DNA of 63,158 nucleotides, the filler included, from Octopus bimaculoides (taxonomy: Eukaryota), in NCBI RefSeq assembly GCF_001194135.2. It is 4 parts of 4 records of this genome, joined end to end, with 100 filler letters (N's around TTAATTAATTAA, not from the genome) between each part and the next. Parts side by side here need not be neighbours in the genome. Positions count along the whole stretch, not along the records: positions 11,479 to 41,814 come from NC_068981.1; 3 more parts are not named here. One strand, written 5' to 3'. The notes under the pieces were generated by a model. That model was not told the origin of the DNA, ran no database searches, and saw nothing but the letters and a program-made list of their open reading frames with translations. Made by a program: the position numbers and the translations under genes. This document shows positions 26,756 to 40,211 of the stretch, piece after piece (the stretch's first letter is position 1; every line of letters begins with the position of its first letter).

Positions 26756-28031
26756 CGAGGGTGTACCTAAAAGTATCCGGAACCGTTCTCTGTGGAACGA
26801 GCCCGTTGTAGTTCAGGCTTTTGTCGCTAGAAGCTACTTGATGCAATCCTTAGACATCAGACGGCCGACCGTTGACGTCCAGTGGGCCGTACTGTCACGT
26901 GGTGCGTCTTTATTTTGCAGTGCTTCTCCCGTTATCGTCGAATTTTCCGATGGCTGAAACGTGCTTCCGTGAAATTCTATTTTCTGACGGAGTAAACGGT
27001 GTCCGAAAGTGTTGTCATGCTTCAAACAGCTTACAAGGACGCTACCATGAGCAAAACACAAGTTTACGTGTGGTTCTCACGTTATAGGAATAGTCACTCT
27101 GCCCTGGAATACCAACCTCGTTCAGGACGACCATCAACCACACGAACGAATAAAAACATTATGAAAATTTATGAACTGATCTTGGAGGACTATTGCCAAA
27201 CAATTGACGAACTTGTTGATATCACTGGTGTCTCTTGGAGCTCCTCCCAACGAATTTTGAGCGAGGAACTGCGAGTGAAAAGACTTGCAGGAAAATGTGT
27301 ATCTCACTTGTTCACGAAAGATCAAACGCAGTCACGACTGAATGCCTGTCGTGAAGTGAAAAAGCAGTTGGAAGTTGATCTGGAACACTTTTTAACAGTT
27401 ATCACTGGTGACCAAAGCTGGTGCTACGGCTACGACCTGGAAACGAAGTAGCAATCGAATCAATGGAAGCAATCAATATCACCATGCCCCACAAAGGTGC
27501 GTCAAATGGAGACCAATGTCAATATGATGCTGATTTGTTACATCGATGCAAATGGAATTGTCCACAGTATTTATTTCTTCTGGTCAAACTGTTCACCAGG
27601 TATTTTACTTGGGTGTTCTGAAGCGTTTGTGAGACACGACGAGACGACAACTCCCGACCTGTGGCAAAATGGAGAGTGGTGGCTTCATCATGACAATGCT
27701 TCTTCGCACACCGCCTTGAACCCATTTTTTCTTCTTTTTTTTTACCGAAAATTGCATGACTCCGTTTACACACCCTCTCTATTCACCCGATCTTGCTCCC
27801 TGCAACGTTTTTATGTGTTCCCCCGAATGAAAAATGTTTTCCTCAAAGGAAAACGTGCTGGAGATGATGGAAAGAAACGACGGAGGACTGCTTCGAACTG
27901 TGGAAAACACCTCTGGAGCAATGAATTGCTTCAAATAGAGAATACTTTGAAGGCGATGAATGTTTAAACTCGTAAAACGAAGTGAATAATATAATATTGC
28001 AAAATCCCGGTTTCTTTTGGGTAATCACTCT
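26756..28031 (+). mobile_element. Full-length but decayed mariner (DD34D-type) DNA transposon
   Basis: TA|CGAGGGTGTACC...AAAAGTATCCGG left TIR, degenerate right TIR, length about 1.28 kb. Transposase remnants SGRPST, ITGDQSWCYGYD, WLHHDNASSHT, YSPDLAPCN, with frameshifts. Confidence 0.9.
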
Positions 28032-29820
28032 TAATTACTACGAGCCAATTGTCCGACGCTGTCAAAGATTCGGCCAACTGACCGCCTAGATCCAGGTTAT
28101 TGTATACTCAGTTGCTGTCTCCATCCATTATGGCTTATTTGTATTTAAGCTTAAGTAAAGACAAAACAATCAGGAAGGGTCCGTTCAGTACTAAACCTTG
28201 CAAGTGCATAAATTTATAGCATTACTTTAGAGCGAGTGTCATAGTTATTTACAACCGACTTATTAAAAATTCGTATTAGCTAGTTTTTGGAAATAACATT
28301 TCATAGTAAAGTATTTTTGAATTTCTAGACTAATGGGTGACTGGTTACTAGCTTTCAAAGAGACAATCACTAATTCAGTTCATTTGTGAAGGTGGGAATA
28401 ACAACACAAATTTAACGTATTGGTTCCATTCCAGGAGTATATGTGAGGCCTATATGTATTATACCACTCTATGTTGGTAATGGTAATGAACACCTCGGAG
28501 GTTACCATGTTAATTATCTTCTATTTATCAATACTGCCACGACACGACTATGTTTGCGTGTTTTGCTTTGTTATAAATACAAGTAGTTTTTTTCAGTAAA
28601 TTTTGTTTTTTATAGGGAAAATATGCAGGTTCTGAAATTTGCATTGAACTCTTTTCCTTGCAGTTTATTGTTCCTTGTTCTGGTTGGGTTGGGCATTCAC
28701 ACACACTACCATAATCTACAGTGGATATAATTCTTTAATAAATGTTACTTATTTCAGTTGGCCAACGTTTTTATATGTGAGTGGTGCTTGAATATGTGTA
28801 ATTTTAATTATATATATGTATCTGATGTGTATTCAGAGGATTTTATAGATGGTACTTGTAATTTAGAACATTATTTCGTCTGAGTGTTATATAAATATAC
28901 CTATGTCAGTGTTGAAAAAAAATGAAGAGGATGGCAGTACTTGGAAATAGTGATGAAAATGAGTTTTTAATGCGAGTTTGATCTCAATAAATGTAATATA
29001 ATGAGGAAATATACAGAGGCAAGATGATCTAGTTAACGACAATATAATGGTACGTGCTTAAAAGAAATATACTCAGCAGTTAGCGCACAACAAAAAACAG
29101 TGCTTATATGAATTAGTGACAAATATGTCTTAATGAATATTAGCCGATGAGCCGAATAGTCTTCTTTTGGTCTAGTTAAAATTGTTGTCCTGTGTAGCAG
29201 CGGTTCCATCTAATATATAGAAATAATAAAAAAAAAAGAAACCTGGTCCCATATGAGCTTTATACAGAGTTAGCTGCCATTCAAGTATTAAGTATAACTA
29301 GAGAAATCTAAGACTTTTTGCTATGTTTTCAATGTTATTTCTATTGGGCTGTCATGGATTAAGATAAGGTATGTGTGCGAACTTTGAGGGTTTTGTTTCT
29401 GTTGAATTCGTGTGCTTTTGAAAGAGAAAATTCATTTTGAATTGCTTTACACAATGTCCCTATAAAATGAACCCTTTCAATTAAGGCATATTTTGCTTCG
29501 GTTTTGTATGAATGGCGTTAATATTTATGTTACACATGCGCATATGGAAGCATTTCGAGAAATATTTAGCTGGTAATTTTAAAACTTCTATCAGCATTTT
29601 TGTTTTGCTAGAGGTAAGCTGGCAATACATAGATATACAAAAATAATACCAGGATTGATAATTCATTAGTTTCAAATACTATCATAAGAGAAATAATTAC
29701 TACAGGTGAATGCGAACCAAATGCCACATTCACTTTTGTTTATTTAAATACGTAGGCCGCTAAAGCCAAATACAAAATGTTACATGAAAACTGCAGCGGT
29801 AGTTTTTACACTATTAAGCT

Positions 29821-30220
29821 GTTGTTGTTGTTGTTGTTGTTGTTGGCACTCCGTCGCTTACGACGTCTAGGGCTCCAGTTGATCCGATCAACCGAACAGC
29901 CTGCTCGTGAGATTAACCTGCAAGTGGCAGAGCATTCCACAGACACGTGTACACGTCACGTAGTTCTCGGGGATATTCAGCGTGACACAGTGTGACAAGG
30001 TTGGCCCTTTGAAATACAGGTACAAGAGAAACAGGAAGAAAGAGTGAGAGAAAGTTGTGGTGAAAGAGTACAGCAGGGTTCGCCACCATCCCCTACCGGA
30101 GCCTCGTGGAGCTTTAGGTATTTTCACTCAATAAACACTCACAACGCCCGGTCTGGGAATCGAAACTGCGATCCTATAACCGCGAGTCCGCTGCCCTAAC
30201 CAATGGGCAATTGTGCCTCC
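29821..30220 (-). mobile_element. SINE family B: tRNA-derived head, (CAA)n tail, candidate target-site duplication
   Basis: Minus strand begins GGAGGCACAATTGCCCATTGGTTAGGGCAGCGG...GCAGTTTCGATTCCC (A/B-box-like) and ends in (CAA)8. Flanks ACTATTAAGCTGT (29810-29822) and ACTATTATGCTGT (30224-30236). Confidence 0.85.
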
Positions 30221-30384
30221 ACTACTATTATGCTGTATTTTGTATAATTCTACCAAACGAAGCTGTTGTTGGAAATTCGACTTACTTTCAGGCCTTTGAA
30301 GGAAACAGATTCTTGACTTCATATGTTCAGATATTTAAGGCATAATATCAAATGTCCTGTTAGTGTGCTGGAAAACGAAGTTGA

Positions 30385-30592
30385 GACCTAGCTGAATCAT
30401 TAGCAAGCCTAGCAAAATAGTAAGCTGTATTCCGTCCATCTTTACGATCTGAGTTTAAATTCAACTAAGGTCGACTTTGCCTTGCACCCTTCGAGATTGA
30501 CAAAATAACAACCACTTCAGAACTAGGGTCCATGAATCGACTAACCCGACCCGCTCAAAGTTTTGGGCCTCGTGGCAAATTTACAAAAAATA
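30385..30592 (+). mobile_element. Degenerate SINE family A copy
   Basis: GAGTTTAAATTCAACTAAGGTCGACTTTGCCTT and CTAGGGTCCATGAATCGACT motifs. Confidence 0.65.
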
Positions 30593-30719
30593 CTTAATTC
30601 CATTTCCACGACTTCATTCTCGAATTTTCAGCAACGGTTTTCCAGTAATATATATGTTTGTGTGTGTGTGTATGTGTGTGGGTGGGTGAGTGTGTGTGTG
30701 GGGGGTATGTGTGTATGTA

Positions 30720-30750
<31 letters not shown>

Positions 30751-32006
30751 ATGTATGTATGTATGTATGTATAAAGACACATAATATCTAACATACCTTC
30801 CTTTTCTTTAAAGGCTCAAACTGAGGTTTGCTTTGTCTACTAGTGTGACAGTTTTCTTTTGTTTTCCGTTATAATTGTTAATGAGATTGTGAGATAGATA
30901 TGATAAAATGTAATTCGGGCGTATTATGGTTAGATTCAGATTGAAAGGGAATTCGAAATAGAAGTGTTGCCCAGGATAAATAATAATTCCGTTGGATTTG
31001 ATATTACTGTATTACTGAAAGTTCCGATTTTCATCAATCCCTCTACTAGAAGATAGTACGTCGTACATTATAATTGAAGCACTACCTGAAACTAGCTTTA
31101 CTATTCAGTAGTCTTATATTGTAATAACTGGAGTTGTTATAACATTTGAACATGAGCATAACTGACAACATGCATGTGTTATTGTAGAAACCTGGCGAAT
31201 GGCATTTGTTGCGTTATGGTACACAGGTTGGTTTGAGATATATCGATTTTATGGTGATGTTATATTCAAAGAAGAATTCCATTCAATTTATTTTAAATGT
31301 GTGCATATTATTTGCTGGATGCTTAAGTGGATTTTCCTGAATTTTTTTGCATTAATTGTGCGCTAAATTTATTAGCTGTGCCTATATTATTGTAAAGAAT
31401 CGACGTTTTCTGTAGTCTAAATCATTTTCAAACTGCAATATGATTATATTATAAGTCATGTATATTATGAGCCACATCTCGAGTAAAGTATTACTTTACT
31501 GGAGATTTCCACTCATAATGGATTAAGAAATTTCCCGGTTTATCATTTAAAAAAATTTTTTAAGCGTTCTGTAAGATTTGTAAACATGGTTCTTATGACG
31601 TTAACTTATACTTATCAAAATTTCTCCTTTTGTCATTTTTGACGCAATTCTCTTCTCTATCAATTCATGAGTGCTCTACGTGGGCTGGTACACTGCAATA
31701 CAATGTTGAATCTTCACATTTTAAGAGGCATTTTATATATCTTGTTTTCAGCAAATGTGACAACTTGTTTGATAACAGTCGATTGGCTAAAGTAAGGTGA
31801 TATAATGTTTAGTTAAATTGTTTTTCCCATTAAAGTGATACCTCTTATGTGAAATTTATTCAGTTGAAAGTTTCTTTAAACGTACTGGAAACTTTAAATT
31901 TACGTTTATTTTCATTTTCAGATAAAGAAAGAGATGTTATATTCTGCGCGCTTTGACTGGATAAAACATTAAAAATTTTGTTTGGTTTTCTCAGCAACGG
32001 ATAAAT

Positions 32007-34123
32007 AAACATGTGAATCCTCATTCGCAACTCAGGAGTTCGTTCTTTCAAAGAAGATATTATCAATGAAGCTCGTGTTTGGCACTCTGGTTGGGTTAGA
32101 TATTAAGTAAATTGTTCCCAATGGTTGTCCTGTTTCCATCATTATGATATGCGCATGATATTAGTTTAAATGAGATCTGGCTCTAATTTCTAACAAGTTG
32201 TGCAAACGCATAAGCACTACGCATGTGTAAATGTATGTATGTTAATAATATTTATAGCAGACATTGAATGTCAAAGAGAATTCTTCATAATTTTGTTCAC
32301 AATATCAATGTATGCTTTCACTGAAATTTCTAAACCAAATTTCCTCGTAGATGAACAAAATGGTTAATGATAAATTTCAGTTAATGTTCACCAAAAGGAA
32401 TCTCTTCATAAATTTTGTTTTCTAATTGAAAATTCTTTTATATGAACAATTTTCTAAGAGGAAAACAATATGTTTATGTTACAAACAGCAGAATTGACTG
32501 TTTTACTGACTCAGTTTTTGTATAAAGTTGATTACTCTGATTAAAATAGGTAGTTTCGAGCGAGTGAAGAACAAACTTCAATTGAAATGGAATTACGCCA
32601 GAATTAGGTATTTTAATGATAGACATTTTAGAAAAGCTATCGCTCTTTCTAGTACGTCCACTTTCTCTAGTTTCCACGTCTTTATTTTCTTTCATCGCAT
32701 AATCTATTGTTGTATTGGAAGGGGAGACATTAATGTTCATGTTTTAGGGTCGTGTGAGGGTAACAACTTAAATTTGACCACAAATATGAATCAAACTTAA
32801 TTTTTCCTTAGTCTGCATATGTTAATTCAATGAATAAATTGAATAAGTTCAGTTTTTAAAACTTATTTTGTTCGTCATATTATTTTCTTGGAAAAGCATC
32901 TTGATCTAAGCAGAGTGTTTGAGAGATAGGCAGCCATACAAACAAACACAGAAACAGCTTTTATTATAAAATACTTTGGTTGAATGAATCATTAGATTTA
33001 TTAACAATAACACGAATAAATATTTAGACGTACATAAGTCTCTACTTCTAGATTTATTGACTGCTCCATTATACTTTTCCGTTGTGGATATTCTTGTTTT
33101 ACCACTCTTGATATACTGTGTTACTATAGAAAATTGTTTCGTTTCGAAAGGTATGCTGTCAAATTATTTTCGGGAAGTAGTTTATTGCATGCCTTCGATT
33201 AACCAAAATTGTTTCGGTTTCACTAACATCCTGCCTTTAACGATTTCTTTGTTACTATTTTCTATCTGACGATAACATAATGTAATTCTTCGGAAATGCA
33301 ATCCGCTTATTTGAGAGTATATAGGTTATAGCTTTCTACTTCATTGATCAACATATAATCGACCATTCTGAAGATTTAGGATTTAATATCGTTTCCTATT
33401 GAAACGATCAGTTTTTGATACAGCATATAGTTTACTGAATTTAATCCGAAATTTGGGCAATTACTAATTCCAGAAATATTTCTTTTCCTGATAAATTCTA
33501 GAACCTGTTATGTTTATAATGTTAGTTTTCTTATATTTTGTATCCTTTCTCATCCATTTATAGACTTATATGTTTTGGTAGTGTATTCTTTCAGAAATAA
33601 GCATTTCTTTTGATGTTGGTGGATCTCCCACATTGCTGATTTTATTGGCTTTTGTTATTTTTACATATTTGTTTCTCTTCATACTCGCAAAAGATTTAGT
33701 TGCATCATGGAATATATCCATGATAATGTTGAATTTTACCAAATGATAATGTCCTAAAAACATCTTATAAAACCTCCATGCCAAATATATTGCTAGGTTT
33801 AAAATCATGAATGTGTTAAAGACAAAATGTCGAAATGTGAAGTTCTTCAACTATGATGACGCGAACAATATCAGGACATTTTGTATCATCATAAAAAAAA
33901 ACTAAATAATACAACTACCAACAGTAATCAAACAGAGTATCACCCTCAAGATACATAATCACACCATCATCAATTAAAATACCGCTGGCTATATCAGCAA
34001 ACTTTCCATTGGGAACAATTTACTTAATATCTAACCCAACCAGAGTGCCAAACACGAGCTTCATTGATAACATCTCCTTTGAAAGAACGAACTCCTGAGT
34101 TGCGAATGAGGATTCACATGTTT
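32007..34123. repeat. 118-bp inverted repeat pair (32007-32124 and 34006-34123)
   Basis: By-eye alignment shows 2 mismatches in 118 nt. Confidence 0.9.
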
Positions 34124-34380
34124 TCCGTAGATTTCTCAGCTACTGTCAGGGATGATAATCCGAAACCAGTTTTCATAAATTTCTAAATACAAATCTCAAA
34201 ACTTCATACTATGAATGTCAATATTCTTCGATAGGAAATCAGTATCAGTCAAATTTGCAAGTTGATAATATTTACTGCACTCTACCCTAAAATGTGTGGC
34301 AATGTTCATCAGCCTCATTAATTGTTGCTATAAGTAGTGGCATTATTGATCATAATGTTGTTAATATTAATGTTGCTTAA

Positions 34381-34583
34381 AGGCGGCGAGTTAGCACGTC
34401 GGGTAAAATGCTTAGTGGTATTTTGTTCGTCTGCTCGTTCTAAGTTCAAATTCCACTGATGTTGACTTCGCCTTTCATCCTTTCGTGGTCGGTAAAATGA
34501 GTACCAGTTGAGCATTGGGATCGATGTAATTAACTTGTCCCTTCCCACCGAACTTGCTGCCTTTCTGCCAAAATTTTGAAATC
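34381..34583 (+). mobile_element. SINE family A copy (first of a tandem pair)
   Basis: AGGCGGCGAG...GTTAGCACG...AAATGCTTAG...AAGTTCAAATTCC...GCCTTTCATCCTTTCG...AGTACCAGTTG. Confidence 0.85.
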
Positions 34584-34615
34584 AATATTAATGTTGTTAT
34601 TTTATATTTCTTTTT

Positions 34616-34804
34616 AGGCGGCCAAGTGGCAGAATAGTTAGCACGCCCGGCAAAATACTCAGCAGCATTTCGTCTGAGATCTATTTCCGCTGTGGTCGAC
34701 TTTGCCTTTCATCCTTTCGGAGTCGATGAAATAAGTACCAGTTGAACACTGTGGTCGATAAAATTGACATACCCACTACACTGAAATTGCTGTCTTTTGA
34801 AACT
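34616..34804 (+). mobile_element. SINE family A copy (second of a tandem pair)
   Basis: AGGCGG...TGGCAGAATAGTTAGCACGCCC...GGTCGACTTTGCCTTTCATCCTTTCGG...AAATAAGTACCAGTTG. Confidence 0.85.
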
Positions 34805-37666
34805 AATATTAATGTTGCTTTTCTTAACGCTATTTTTTTTTTATAGGAAGTCCAATCCAACGAAGCATCAAACCACGAACAATAATATATGTCACGAACA
34901 ACCACGAAATTTGAGAGATTTACAAAAAAAAAATGGGAAGAAAACATTTTAAAGTAGTCGTCGCAAGAATCATAAAATAAGGTAATTGGTTCAGTACAAT
35001 GTACAATTTCAAATGATGAGAATACATAATTTGTATATTCATTTCTTTGAGAATTACTTACGTGTTGAAGGTGGAGTTTAAATGCATCAACTGAAACTAA
35101 TATGATAGTACTCGATCTTCTATGTTCACATCAATATAGAAATTATTCTGATATTTTAGTTCCTATGAAGAATTATGTCATTACAATAGGTTATATATTA
35201 GTTGCTAGGCAACTATGTATTTCCAGAAAATGATACAAAATAGAATTGATGTAAGACAATTTAATTTTCAACTGCCTACATATTACTATTTATTTATCTT
35301 TCTTACTGCTGCTATTAGACTGAGTAGTCTTAGAAAGCAAATATATTGCCTTTGGTAATGTTCTAAAATTATATAGTCCATCAAAACTATATCTCAGTGA
35401 GCATTTCATATTTTGTATTTTACCCTTTCCATTTAGAACTTTATTTTACAAAGTAAATTCTATATAAAATTATAATTCTATTGGCTTCAAAACGAAAACT
35501 ATTATTATGCACCACTGCCATTATTCTACCAGCCAACATATCCACTCACTAGAAAATTAGTTGCCATCATTTTTGTCGCATTTGTTTGCTTGATTAATTG
35601 TTTGTGTATTCGACCTGTTACAATAGAAAGTAGTGAAGATACGAACTATTTGTTAACAATGAAAAGGAAATCAATAATTATTTTCTCCTGCATTTTGTTT
35701 CTTTAGCAACTAATTGGAATAATAATAACGTAGTTCAACTCTATTCAGCATGGCATATTCTGAGCGAGTTACGGTTCGTAAAAAGTTCTAAATAGGTTAC
35801 CTGGAAAACGAAATGCTTTTTTAATACATTCACACACATATTACATTTAGGTATATGGCTCGGCCTTATTCAGCATATATCCTGGGCAAAATGCAGTTTA
35901 TACGCAACTTGAAATTGGTTACCCGAAGAAAGAGATTCCATGTTAAAACATTCAAACACATGTTATTTCAGCAGAAGATTTTTGTAAACTTTGTAAACTA
36001 TTTAATAGTTAATATTTCAAAATACATCACATCTGCACGTTTATTTGATAAAGTTTTCAAATAATGTAAGTTTAATAAAGTATTTCTTTAGATAGATCTG
36101 AGAACCTGTGTTTACATTCAAATCAATCATATCGTAGAAAAGCAATTTAAGAACATGCAAAATTGGTAAATTAATAAATCTCGTTGAGGAGCCGTGACCT
36201 GATCCATGATATAGTTCAACTGCTACCTAGTTAGTGAAACTATTCCAATACAAACAGTAACTGATGGAGGAAGAAATGCAGGTGATTCCACATCTGACAG
36301 CTATCTCAAGGAGAGCTTCTTGGATGTTTTTTTGGCAGACGCTGGCCACTCTACTCAATGTCCTAGTTCTCGTTCACCTAGAAATTTTTGACCTAACCAT
36401 ATACTGAGAAATCAAAATGGCGAAACAACATACATTGAAAGATCCAGAACTTTACGAAAGAGAAACGCAACACCACCTCCCGAAGCTGCTCTACTTGGAG
36501 ATGCAAGTATCTTGTAGGCATCGATATTAAGAAGGCTGACTCAGGCCTTGGAAATTCTAGTCGCGATGATACCCAAAACATTTATGTGAACTGTGCTGAT
36601 GTCATTGGGCATACGTACTTATTTCGAAGGTGAGAGCCGGCTAAGAACACTTACATGGCGTTGTTGAAGAAATAGGTGAATGTAGATATGTCGTTAATTG
36701 GAAAGAAGGTGGTCTGTTATTTTGATGAGGAATATTTTTTTTTCCTCCAATGCATTCTAATAACTTCTTTTGTTTCCCATTCTTCGGAAATTTCACATTC
36801 CTTCGGGATATATAGTATTTATGTTATTGTTTGCTTTATGTTTTGTTTTGAGGATTTGTGTATTGGTACGGTATTTAGCAATGTAATTAGACGCTGTGTG
36901 TAATGCTTGCATATATGGCTCATTATTTCTTTCGTCTTTACGTTTAAGGTCGTATAATTCAAAATACTCCCCACGTGCGTTTGTGTTCAGATTAGATACT
37001 GTTCTGGTGTCTGCGGTGTTGACATATTCTTGTAGTGGTGGTTGTAGTTTTGATGGCGATGGTAAAGTTGTTGGTGGTGTTGTCCTGCGATATATTCTCC
37101 TTCTATCAAATATCCCAGCTTTCTGTGAGGGTAGTCCTGTTTTGTCATTTTTCTTGTAGCATTTCGTTAAGAGGATCTTCTCAATGTTTCATCTTTATTA
37201 TTCTCATTACTGGATATGTCTGGATATATTCTGAGTTGGAGTTGGTGGATTCTGTTGCTCACGCTGTTGATGTTATTTCTGATTTTGTTGTTGTTATTTT
37301 GTCATAACTGCCTCTGTCACCTCTTAGGTGCCGCTTCTTCTGTTGTCATTGATGTTGTTTTTGCTGTTGTTGCTCATGCTCATTCAGCGACTGCAGATGA
37401 AGACAAGATATGCACGCTAAGTTTGATTTTGTCTTTTAATGTGAATCAAAATACAAAGACCAAATGAATTGTTCTCAGAAGGGCGAAAAGAAAACGGAAT
37501 TGACTACTTCCTCAGGAACCAGGTGAGTTTAACGAGAAAAGCAAATCAAACATTTCAATACTAGTTTTTTTTTAAGACAGTTAAAACTGACAAAAATTAA
37601 GAGTGATTTAAAATGGAAGTCGTAGCCATTCAAAACTACAACGACCACAAGAACAAAAAAAACACC

Positions 37667-37669
37667 AGT

Positions 37670-37737
<68 letters not shown>

Positions 37738-37833
37738 TGAGGAGGAGGAGGAGGAGGAGGAAGAAGAAGAAGAAGAAGAAGAAGAAGAAGAAGAAGAAGA
37801 AGAAGAAGAAGAAGAAGAAGAAGAAGAAGAAGA
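37667..37833. repeat. Compound trinucleotide microsatellite (AGT)n-(AGG)n-(AGA)n
   Basis: Read directly from the sequence. Confidence 0.97.
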
Positions 37834-39226
37834 ATATACGCTGTTTCTAATTTAGTCACAAAATCAGCAATTTTGAGGGGAGAGTTTAGTGAATGCGATC
37901 ATCCATATTTTCCTCTTTAAGGCGGAAGAAGGAAAAGTTGATCTTGACAAGAATGGAAATTAGAACATCAAGAGATGAAAAATAAACAATACTGTCTTAT
38001 TTTGCTTTTGTAGTAGTGATGGTGCTGGTGGTGATAGTGGTGGTCGGGTCGTGGTGGTGGCGTTGATACTGGCCTTGGTGGCGGTCATGGTGGTATTAGT
38101 GGTAGGCAGCATCATTGTACAAAAACAGTATGACAAAGGAACGTTTCGAAGGAAATCTGCGAAGTCATATTTTTCCGTATTTTCTCTTCATATTTCGACA
38201 TTGTTTTCTATTGGTTATCATATTGATAATCATTTATCATCGTATTTTTTTTTAAACTTCGTTTCTATGAAGATATAAACGACTCTCTTAATCGAAAGAG
38301 CTGTTGCAGGAAATTACAACCTGTGAGAAGAAAAATAATGAAGTAGTGTGAAATACAAAAGCTATAAATGTTTCTTTACACAATATCGCAAATGTTTGAT
38401 TATATTATTTATTACATTCTTCTTTCTGAGGAACCAGGTCAATGGTCGAGTAGGTCGTCAGAGTAAAAGAAGAGGCACTTGCCCTAAAGAATTCTGAACC
38501 TGACAATTTATATCAATGCATATGCAATTTTTTCCTATGATATTGATTATCTTTCCTTTTTAATACTTGCAGCTTTTATGTATTTGTGAAAGCAAAATAC
38601 ATAACAGGTCGAGTGGAAAGTGCGTTGTCAGGACGAGCTCTGTCATCTATACTCTAGCATGTTAGATCTTCTCCTCTAGGTGCATTAACAACGCTGTGCA
38701 TGAAACAAACACTATTTGCATTCAGTGAAAGAAAACTATGCATATTACTTGTTAATATAAACATACATATGTATGTGTGCATGTGTGTGCGTGCTTGAGT
38801 GTGCGTCTGAGTGCACGTGTGCGTATACATATACATATACATACATACATACATACATACATACATACATACNNNNNNNNNNATATATAAGAGTGTTTAT
38901 AATCATCAATAAATTGTTTATATCCGTTATTTTACGATACGATTTATAATATGGCATAATACTTCCTAACTTCGAAATTCCAATAGAGAATTAACGTTTT
39001 ATTTCTAAGTTGTGAATTTTATATACCATGTCGCTCGTAGATAGCTTCATGATGAGGAGATCTGAGTGATAATAGTGGCTGTATAGTGGTTTTTGACTGC
39101 TATTTCTAAACATATAAGGGCTTTTTGCGACCCACTCCGTTATAATTCATTATAATTATTCATTATAGTTCGTTATAATTATTCATAATTATAAGCACTC
39201 TTCTTTTATGTAATTTATTGTAACAT

Positions 39227-39622
<396 letters not shown>

Positions 39623-40165
39623 GTAAATACTGTAGATAATTCCTCATCTCTTAAATATAGAAATGTATTATTATAATACGTTTGGCCATTGATATATTCA
39701 TAATACATTTTGTAATGTATTTTTACATTCCATTTCAATTTTCTCTCTCTCTCTCCCTCTCTCTCTATCTCTCTCTCTCTCTCNNNNNNNNNNNNNNNNN
39801 NNNNNNNNNNNNNNNNNNNNNNNNNNNNNNNNNNNNNNNNNNNNNNNNNNNNNNNNNNNNNNNNNNNNNNNNNNNNNNNNNNNNNNNNNNNNNNNNNNNN
39901 NNNNNNNNNNNNNNNNNNNNNNNNNNNNNNNNNNNNNNNNNNNNNNNNNNNNNNNNNNNNNNNNNNNNNNNNNNNNNNNNNNNNNNNNNNNNNNNNNNNN
40001 NNNNNNNNNNNNNNNNNNNNNNNNNNNNNNNNNNNNNNNNNNNNNNNNNNNNNNNNNNNNNNNNNNNNNNNNNNNNNNNNNNNNNNNNNNNNNNNNNNNN
40101 NNNNNNNNNNNNNNNNNNNNNNNNNNNNNNNNNNNNNNNNNNNNNNNNNNNNNNNNNNNNNNNNN

Positions 40166-40211
<46 letters not shown>

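Noticed and set aside
36250-36640. GC-richer, protein-like plus-strand segment (…DTQNIYVN…)
   Set aside because: Every frame is interrupted by stops and no consistent splice sites were found.
37479-37522. 44-nt micro-exon with a strong CAG|GTGAGT donor
   Set aside because: Weak acceptor, no partner exons identifiable; such sites arise by chance in 30 kb.
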